Source: Eledone cirrhosa
Lineage: Eukaryota
Reading direction: 5' to 3'
Assembly: GCA_964016885.1 (NCBI GenBank)
Contig: OZ024742.1
Coordinates: 230,950,001 to 231,014,000, forward strand
Length of the DNA: 64,000 nucleotides
Of the stretch, positions 54,377-64,000 are shown piece by piece. The notes below the pieces were generated by a model. It saw only the letters and a program-made list of their open reading frames with translations, did not search any database and was not told the DNA's origin. Both the position numbers and the translations under genes were made by a program. How positions within the stretch are numbered: the first letter of the stretch is position 1; each line of letters begins with the position of its first letter.

Positions 54377-56929
54377 ATGCTCACTGTACCCCGAGTTGAA
54401 TACCACCGAGTTCGAATACCACTTTTACTTTCATCTTTCCGATCTCGATAAAGTACCATTCCAGGACTGGAGTCGATTCCTCTTCCTCTTCTTATATCCC
54501 TATCAATTCGCTTCCTCTTTCTTTATCTGGAAAAAATCGGTTGTGTTTCGACCTAGAGAAAGGTGCATTCAGGCAAGTTTAACATACCCAAGACACACCG
54601 TATGTCAAGTAACGCCTCTGTGACTCCATCAGCAGTTAAGTACTTTTCTTTCTTCTGCCTAGCATTGACCCTATTAATAAATCTGTTGAATGACTCCAAC
54701 AATGATTCCAGATGCTCGGTATAACTAAAATCGATCTATAAGGATGATTTGTAGTAGGTAATAAATAGTAGGAGAACCAACTAAAATGGTTCGTAAATTC
54801 AGCTAAGACTTAAAAATGAATAAGATATCATAAAATGGTGTCAAAGCTACTATAATGAGTGCCAAATAAACTAAAACTGAGAATATTAAATTAGATAAAA
54901 AGAAAAATCTTAACTCTTGATGGAGTCGTAAGGGCATTTTAGACCTAGCAGAGACCATTCCTCTCCAGGTCGAAACACAACCGATTTTTTTCCAAAGAAA
55001 AAAGAAAGAAAGAGAGAGTGGTAAATAGAGATGAAGGAAAAAGCAGCCCCTGTACTGGACTCTATCGGTCTCGAAAAGAGGAAATGATGGACAGAAACAA
55101 CACTGTATAACCAATACCCTGCCGGAATTAACAGAGAGAAAGGAAGCTCAACTGAAATCCAGGTAATTGACGTGGTAATATGGTTGAGTATCCAATAGAC
55201 ACGTGTACTCTTTACGTAATTCCTAGGTCGAATCAGAGTAACAGAATAATGTGATAAGGCTGAGCGTTTGAATTACAATTACAATCTCTTTAACAGGCTA
55301 CTGCACAATTTCTGTCTACACTATTTCCCTCACATGACTTACATCAACCTGAGGTTATAGCAAATGATACTTGACTAACATTCCACGCAGTAGAATTGAA
55401 CCCGGATAGTCGTGAATGAGGAGCGAACGTCTTAACCACTTAGCCTCGCCTACGACCAGTTCTCTACTTTCGGTATCAGATACACAGCCTGTACGTTAAA
55501 ACATAATCAATAATGGAATACGTATATATGTCTCTATACACTAATTAACTTTATAACACGTTTGTATAATCAATACGCACATATTTATAGATATTCACAC
55601 GTCTATGTGTGTATAGTACATTCCATATATACATGCTTATAAACATAGAAACAGTATAAGTGCCTCTATTCGTCATTATATGCTGATTTCTATCTTACTG
55701 ATAGAAACTGCTTATTATGTGAAGGCGCCTGGCTTATTGTTGGGGAATTCTGCTCAAGATCATAAGGTCATTCGTTTGATTCCCGGTGGTGTGTTGTATT
55801 TATCATTGTCCCCAGTTCACTTGGCTTGCAAACATTAGCTGTAACTGAAATTCAATCAACCAGCTTTGTCACACACTGTGTGAAAAAAACATTATGGGTA
55901 CACGTGTCTGTGGTATGCTCGGTTGTATATACGTTAATTTCACGAGCAGTCTGTTCCGACATAACAGAGGTTCAACACACCTTCTGTGTATAATGTGAAT
56001 CGCAGGCCTAAAGCAAATGTTTAAAACATTAGATGTAGAATAACAACATGTAATGGTTCCATAGGAGGAGCTGCAACACTTGTCAGCAAAGTGAGGAGGA
56101 AAAGCCACTAGGTATAGGCCGTTCTTAAACACCAGACTTCGTCCGAATCCTTCAAACAGAATATATTTCGCTAAAGACACCCTAGGGCTACATTTTGTTA
56201 CTATAACATGTGATAGATTAAGGCTGCCATTCAAGAAATGGAAACATTCAACCGATGAGTTTCCATCTAAATTCTGTCTAAGTAATTTCACACGCAAGGT
56301 AGAACACATAACGCACTTTTTCAAGGATAACGGTATTTTTGTTCAATACCAAGTAAACCTTGATCAAGCAAACCTAGAATAAAAGATATTCCAATCGTGA
56401 GCATCAGCCAAGACCATATATACAACGTATCCTTTCATCATCGGCATTGTGTGAATTTTAAAGAAACTCGGCTATAATTTCTAGTATAATGAGTAACCAA
56501 GCAGAGGCTGCCTCGTTAAATTGTATTTTCGAAATGTGCCGTTTAAACACGGAATCTCACGATTGTGCAATAAACATTTTATTCACATCACCATTCCTGC
56601 GTCCATGCACACCACTGGGCAACCTCAAGTCACAAGTATAGCTTGCCAACAATTATAAATACACACAATCTCTCACACGCGCGCATACACACCACATGCA
56701 CACATACACACACACATAGACACACTCGCATTTATATATATATATACATATATATATATATGACTGAATACATACGAGCTCTTTTTTGCACACACACACA
56801 CACACACACGCACACACACACACACACATGTATATATTCATATATATACATATGTGTGTGTGTGTGTGTTTGTGTGTGCGTTTGTGTGTGTGTTTGTACG
56901 TCGGTGGGTAAGTAGGTATATATATATAT

Positions 56930-57112
56930 AATTGTTTCTACTATTGGCAAAAGGCCAGCAATTACTCAGTACATTACTGGTACTTTATTTTATCGACCCC
57001 GTAAGGATGAAATGCAAAGTTAACCACGGCGGGATTTGAACTCAGAATGGCAAGGGCCGTAACTCTATGCGTCAAAGCATGGCGTCCGACCCTCTACCGA
57101 TACTGCCAATTC
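56930..57112 (-). mobile_element. SINE family 1 copy
   Basis: Near-identical to 44790-44982. Confidence 0.88.
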
Positions 57113-57169
57113 ACAATAAAGTTATAACGGCATATATACAGAGTAGGTGATTTATATATATATATATAT

Positions 57170-57394
<225 letters not shown>

Positions 57395-58213
57395 AGGGTG
57401 AAAGCACCGAATCTCTGCTTAAACTTTAATCTGTTCTGAAAATAAATATATACATGTGTGTGTGCGTGCGTGTGTGTGTGTGCGTGCGTGTGTGTGTGTG
57501 TGAAAGAGGGGGTATCAAGTAGGGAAAAGGAAAGGGAGGTGGTAATAATTAAATACAGTAAGACATTTTTTTCCCTATCTGAATGAATTTTCCAAGTGTA
57601 CAAAAGAACGGAAACAGCTTCATGGAGTCAATTTGCATTTCTGTGTCATTAATGTATGGAAACCTATACATATTAAATGTATCGATGAAAAACCAACATG
57701 TTTAAAAGCGCAAATACATTTCAATTAAAATTGAATTATATATATATATATCTCCTCGTACTATCAAATACGTATAATTATATCAGAAATGTATCTGCCT
57801 GCGAGTGGCAGTTAAATAAAATATGTACATGAATATATGTGTGCGTGTGTGTGTGTGTGTGTGTGTAGGAATCCGTATATATGAATGCATAAATAATACT
57901 ACTCACACATATTATATACATATATATGTGTGGCATATATGTGTACACATTTCTATATACATACACTCACACAGATATATATATATATATGTGTGTGTGT
58001 GTGTATGTATATGTATATATATATATATATATACATACATATATATATGTGTATGTATATTTCGTTTTAATCATTTTCTAACCCAGAAAAAAGAGAGAGG
58101 GAAACAAAAAAGGAAAAAAGTATATTCTTCTTCCTAATAATCGTCTCTTTCTCCCTGTTTTCATATATATATACATATATATATTTATATATATATATAC
58201 ACACACACATATA

Positions 58214-58313
<100 letters not shown>

Positions 58314-58674
58314 TTTATATATATATATACATACACACACATATATATATATATACACACACACAGATATAAGAGAGACAAAGAGGGTAGTGAGGGGGGA
58401 AGAAGAAGATAGGAAGAGGGAGATGAAGCAGAAGTAATAGAAACCGTAGAAATAGTTTCAATTATCCATGTATGTCATGAATCCTTTACTGTGAAAATTG
58501 GGATTATAAAAACATGGTTGATCAGATAATTCTATTGTTATTCATTATTATTCATTATTAATATTCACATTTCCTGATGTAGCAGCATATTTTGTCCCCA
58601 GGTATTTCATATATATCTATGTTGTGTTTTTTCCATTTACTTTTCTCATATATATATATATATATATTTGTTCC

Positions 58675-58705
<31 letters not shown>

Positions 58706-58754
58706 ATGTATATATATATATATATATATATAAAAGTATAAAAGTAGATATTTG

Positions 58755-58793
<39 letters not shown>

Positions 58794-58893
58794 ATGTATA
58801 TATATATATTGTATATATTTATATATATATATATATATTGTCCCCAGGTATTTCACATATATCTATGTTCTGTTATTTCCATTTACTTTTCTC

Positions 58894-58925
<32 letters not shown>

Positions 58926-58927
58926 AT

Positions 58928-58967
<40 letters not shown>

Positions 58968-58973
58968 TGTATA

Positions 58974-59049
<76 letters not shown>

Positions 59050-59052
59050 ATA

Positions 59053-59097
<45 letters not shown>

Positions 59098-59151
59098 GAT
59101 ATGTATTTATACATATATACATATATATATATATTCATATATATATATATG

Positions 59152-59182
<31 letters not shown>

Positions 59183-59904
59183 TAGTGGATGTAGGTGTGT
59201 GTATATATGTACGTATGTATATAAATATATTTATGTGTATGTTTGTGTGATATGATTATGAATCGGAATACACGAATATACAAATATATGCATGTATGTA
59301 TATCTGGAACACTCGTCGTCGGAACTGATGGAGGTCCAATTATACACACACACAAACACTATGTATAGTGATTTCCAACTTAGGTGCATGGCTAGTTATT
59401 TTTGAAATACGAAAATTCAATGACACCGAAAGTACTCAATGCAAGGAGTAGGATTCACATTTTTTTTTTTTTTTTCCATTTACAATTACTAGCTTCACGG
59501 TGACTGAAGATCGGATGTGTGAAACTAATGTCCTCTTTTTAATGTTATGTGGAGAAATAATACCAACATTTAAAGCGATGGCTATGTATATTTCTTTAAG
59601 AAACCAACGAAAATGCACTGAAAATGTTTAAGCATATAAAATATATAAGCTAAAAGTTTAAAACATAAACACTAAAACTGATGCGATTGTTGTTTTTTCT
59701 CAGTATCATTTGCTTAAAAGCTATTGACTACACATGTTTAAAGGACTGCCATTATTCATAAAATACGTTTATTACCTAAAACCACCAGCATCTGATCCAT
59801 CATCTCAATCTCCAAATAACTACAGTAATTTTTCTTGATTTAGCTTTCATCAGTGTCCCATTCAAGCATTCCATCATCTTCTCCATTTAAACTTGCAGTG
59901 GGGT

Positions 59905-60140
59905 ATGTAAGTCTGTAGATGCATTCTAATCATCCCACAGCAGGTTGTCTTGTATTCCATCCAATATATTACTTATGCCAGTTTTTTTTAAAGGCTCCTG
60001 GGAAACATATGTTTAGGTAAAGTATACCAATCTATTATCACCCGTATGGCTATGATAACCAAATAGCAAGGATATGCTTTTTCTGATTACCACCTGGTGT
60101 TTTTCCACTTATCAAATAACATCCATAAGATCCAGTACTT
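59905..60140 (-). pseudogene. pogo-type DDE transposase C-terminal remnant
   Basis: Minus strand: IRKAY..LLFGYHSHTGDNRL ... AFKK(frameshift)TGISNILDGIQDNLLWDD, matching the pogo/POGK-like motif FKKxGISNxLDGxEDDxLW. Confidence 0.7.
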
Positions 60141-60844
60141 TACATTACTCATATTTAAGTATATTACTGTTGTAGTTTAATCAATGCGTCTTTTTGATAG
60201 TTATACTTTTACTAACAGATGAGGTCACTTCCAGCTAACGCCCGGGTGGGCTTGAAATGTTCGCTTTGTTCACATTTTACTATGTAATTTATCTATATTT
60301 TGTATAAATTAAACAAACATTGAATTATATATAAACTGATTATTTAATCATAATTGTGTTGTAAGTAAAATTGTGTTGTAAGTAAAATCTGCTCTTCTCT
60401 CCTGTCGTCTCTGTAATAAATATTCAATTTATTTATATAAAACACAATGTTCACTTTTTATAAACTATAGAATGTATATACAACAATCGTTGAAGATCTT
60501 ATGGCTACCGCCTTCAATATCTCTATTTTCACAGGTTTGCTATTGCAGTTAGTTTTTTACTCTCGTCTATAATGCTACCCCACTCAAATTTTAGCTGATA
60601 TATTAAATATTGTTCGCCATATTTTAGGAAAGCCAGTACAATGTAACTTAAATAAAGGAGTAAAAAGTATCACCGGGTCCTTGCTAGATGGAAGGCAATG
60701 GTGATCTCGGTGACACTTGAATTCAGATCGCAGAGAATCGGAACGAATACCGCAAAGCATTCTATCCGACGTTCTAACAAACCTACCAATTTGCCGCCCC
60801 TCGTAGATAGATTACGTTAATAAATCTGCAGTTCCTTTTAAGGT

Positions 60845-60990
60845 GAAGGCGCATGGCCTAGTGGTTAGAGCATTGGGCTTGCAATCGAAATGTTGTGAGT
60901 TCAATTCTCGGACCGGGTGATGTGTTGTTTCCTTGAGCAAGACACTTTATTTCACGTAGCTCCAGTTTACTCAGCTGTAGAAATGAGATG
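60845..60990 (+). mobile_element. tRNA-headed SINE family 2
   Basis: GGCGCATGGCCTAGTGGTTAGAGC (A-box), GAGTTCAATTC (B-box), CCTTGAGCAAGACACTTTATTTCAC; relatives at 55722-55850 and 62868-63000. Confidence 0.75.
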
Positions 60991-61699
60991 ATAGGACTGG
61001 GGTCCATATCATTAAATCACCCAAGACACCTCCAACAAGATATACCTTGGAGAAGGTCAGCTAAACCTGCATAGGTGTGAGCTGACTCACATCCTTTTAA
61101 GACTGAAATGCGATCGAGCTGAATGACTGCCAGATTTATACAAAACACATGTCATTGATCTCAGTTCAAATACGACCATAATCCTTCTGTCCACAATATA
61201 ATTAATAATTTGAAGTCAATTAATTCAGTAATTCTCTTTCCCACTGAAAAAGACTAGCTTTACGTCCATTTTTTTCCATAATTTTCACGAGTTGTATGAA
61301 GTTCGGTCCTTAAGCTGGTTTCATGGGTACGGGTCAGTGCACCTGTCTGTCATAGGACTTACCCTCTCCCCCTCTGTCAGTGATACTCATATTCAAATGA
61401 AATTAAGTATTCCGTTCAAGGACACCATACGTTACCTGGTCTGAGAATCGAACCCACGCCCCATATGATACCCGCGCATTCACAAGAATATCTTTAAGGA
61501 CAGATAAATTCTTGAGTTGCTTGTCATGTTTATTGTTTAAGTAATTACATAGTTTCTGTGTTGTGCATGTTTAACAAATAACTTAATATGAGGCCAGGCG
61601 TTAAAACTGAAGTAACTACAGCGTAGAGAGTCATTTTAGCCATTTAACAATACACAAAACATTGAATGATATTCATTATTCACTATTTCACCATGTATT

Positions 61700-61920
61700 A
61701 GGGCGATAGATTGGCAAATTCGTTATAACGTCGGACCAAATGCTTTACCGTATTCGCCCCCAGCACTCCACATTCTGAATTCGGGTCCTGCAGAAGTCAA
61801 CTTTCCTTTTCATCCTCCCGGGGTCGGTGAACTGAAATACTACTCAAGTACTGAGGTCGATATAATCGATTTTGCCCTGTGCCCAAATTGCTGGCCTTGT
61901 GCTTTTATTAGAAACCATCA
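61700..61920 (+). mobile_element. Diverged SINE family 1 copy
   Basis: CTTTCCTTTTCATCCTCCCGGGGTCGG...TTGCTGGCCTTGTGC..TTAGAAACCAT. Confidence 0.75.
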
Positions 61921-63149
61921 TTTCGTGAAGTGGCAAAACATTCATCGCAACACTACAACCTTGACACGGACAGAATTATAAATACAAGCTGGTAACTCGT
62001 TTTCTTTTTTTATTTGTTGTAATGGAATTGTGTTCGTGAATAGTTTGCAGAAGTGCGACAAAAAATTTAACATCTCGCGAAATAAATGAAAAGCCAAAAT
62101 AACTGTCTTTGTATTATAGTCAGTAACTCACTATGTGTTACATTCCATGGCAAATTTTCAACAATTGCAGTGAAATTACGTTAGTAACTAGGTTGAAGCG
62201 GTGCGACGAAAATTTTGACACCATAAGATACAAATGAAAAACGAAGATAAAAGTTTTAGTGTTATATTGAGTAACTAATTTTGTGTTGTACTCAGTTACT
62301 AACTTAGGTTATTATAGTCATTAATTCCTTCTCCACAATTATTGTCAAATCGTATTACTGGACAGATTTTCAAAGGTGGGACGAACATTTTGACACCACG
62401 CAAAATATACGATTGTGTTTTTAGATTGTTAAAATGGCTCTTGTATGATATAATCGCACCAATTCTGTAGTGTCACCTATAATATAATTTCCATAATCTT
62501 ACAGGTGATTTACTCTCTAACTAGTCTGCTCTCTTAACTGAACTAACTTTTACACTATGATACACTAATATAATTAGTTTCTGGTATTATACGTTGACAA
62601 TACCAATTTTGTTGGTAAGTTTATACGGAGTAAGCTGGTAATTATAGCGTTGATAGCATCAGATGAAACATCTAAGTAGGATTAATGGTTAACAATTTAA
62701 CATCTAACATCAAATTGGTACTGAAAATAATGATGAATTCTTGACATTCGCACCAAACTTCCAATTTGTAGATTAAATCTACCCTACTTTATTGCATTGG
62801 AGGTACACTTCATTCGAATGTATTAGTACATAATTTTGTTTTTCATTTACGAGATGAAAGAAGCTGAAGGCGTGTAGCTATATGGCTAGAATGTTGTCAG
62901 TGCGATCACAATACCATAGGTTCGATTTCTAAACCGGGTGACGCGTTATCCTTGAGCAAAGCACCTCATTTCAGATTTTTTCAGTTCACTCAGCCTGAAA
63001 ATTAATAGTTATTCCTGCGACGAACTGGCACCTCGTCGGTGTAGTTGCAGTCTTATACTCTCAGTCATTTAATTTCTCAATCCACCGAAAATGGTCCTGC
63101 TTAAAAGTAAGTGTTGTGTCCTCTGTTAAATAAACCAAATTTTTAACGA

Positions 63150-63526
63150 AATATTATACGCTACTTACGATGTTTAAGTAGCGTTTATATTGAAAATGAA
63201 AATGGCATGTAATGCCCAATGTTAATTCGTAAATTTCCTAGAAATCATTAACGTAATCGGAAATTCTTTTCGTCCGCAGCAATGCGAGGGTACTAACTAA
63301 TGTGTGCTGCAAATTTCGAGGAAATCGGCTGGATTATCTTTAAGTTACTCCTCAAAAAAGCTTTAAAATGCCTAAAAAATGCGGATTTTCGGCTAATGCT
63401 AGTCCTAGAGCAGAAAAAGTTCAAATTATGTTAGCCCATTACACTTCAAGAAATATAAGTAACGCATGCGTAAAGTTTGGAAAAGATCGGTCGGGGTACT
63501 TCTCGAGTTTTATATATATATAGATA
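63150..63526 (-). mobile_element. Possible non-autonomous Helitron 5' portion
   Basis: The minus strand begins ATCTATATATATATAAAACTCG; internal AAATTTCGAGGAAATCGG / AAAGTTTGGAAAAGATCGG motifs. Confidence 0.35.
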
Positions 63527-63599
63527 AAACAATATAAAATAAATTAACAATAAAGACTAATTATATATATATATCCGGTGGTATATTTGTTGTGCAGCA

Positions 63600-64000
63600 T
63601 TTTAGATATGTTATAGTGTAGTGTGTTGAAACAGATATTGTTATATTTGGGGAGGGTCATGTTGTCCAAATATTGCAAAGATAGTAAAACACGCTCACTG
63701 TTTGGTTTGGTCTGGTTTTCGCTTCAATATATTTTTATATCTAAGTAATTTAGCTGGCAATTAATTGTTTCTACTTTAGGCACAAGGCCAGCAATTACCC
63801 AGTGCATTACTGGTACTTTATTTTATCGACCCCGTAAGGATGAAAGGTAAATTTAGCTGGCAATTAATGTTTATCAAAAACGTTATAGAAGCACAGCGGG
63901 AGGAGAGACAGGGATGACCACTGAAAATGTCACAGAAATGTGTGACGAAAGAACTTTGATAAATTATATTTATATTTTTAACTGTTGGTCAACATTGATT
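63600..64000. mobile_element. Older relative of the 41137 element, with a nested SINE fragment (63766-63849) and a decayed HHR (63917-63960, plus)
   Basis: GTGTGTTGAAAC.GATATTGTTAT..TTGGG.AGGGTCATGTTG. HHR reads CUGAAAA ugucaca..ugugac GAAAG aa CUU uga. SINE TSD AATTTAGCTGGCAATTAAT at 63747-63765 and 63850-63868. Confidence 0.8.

Noticed and set aside
58575-58895. Direct repeat TTGTCCCCAGGTATTTCA... preceded by CTGATGT
   Set aside because: No GAAA/stem III half; it appears to be a local duplication within a microsatellite tract.
59500-59540. CTGAAGA tcggatgtgt GAAAC taat GTC
   Set aside because: Neither stem I nor stem II pairs; treated as a chance or fully decayed match.
60845-60920. tRNA-like sequence (also 29950, 62868)
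   Set aside because: No complete cloverleaf, and it continues into a shared SINE body; these are SINE heads, not tRNA genes.

Overview
AT-rich, microsatellite-saturated eukaryotic non-coding DNA. The SINE repertoire and the (TA)n/(TG)n density suggest an octopus or other cephalopod (inference). I could not support any intact host gene, and almost all ORFs in the track are microsatellite translations. The recognisable coding remnants are all transposon-derived: Penelope-like element (PLE) RTs of three types, PLE GIY-YIG endonucleases, RTE, CR1/L2-like and Tx1/L1-like LINE fragments, and a pogo-type transposase tail. The main hidden signal is at the RNA level. About 20 type I hammerhead ribozyme (HHR) motifs of the PLE 'minimal' kind sit on many unrelated short non-coding elements embedded in (TA)n tracts. 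They share a short stem I, a CUGANGA...GAAA core, a mostly palindromic stem III and often a downstream AATAAA/ATTAAA. Several have 60-100 nt structured insertions in stem II, one element has tandem HHRs 297 nt apart, and six long DNA palindromes are centred on HHR stem II and lack the CUGANGA strand. All pairings were done by eye, nothing was folded or searched, and coordinates may be off by a few nt.
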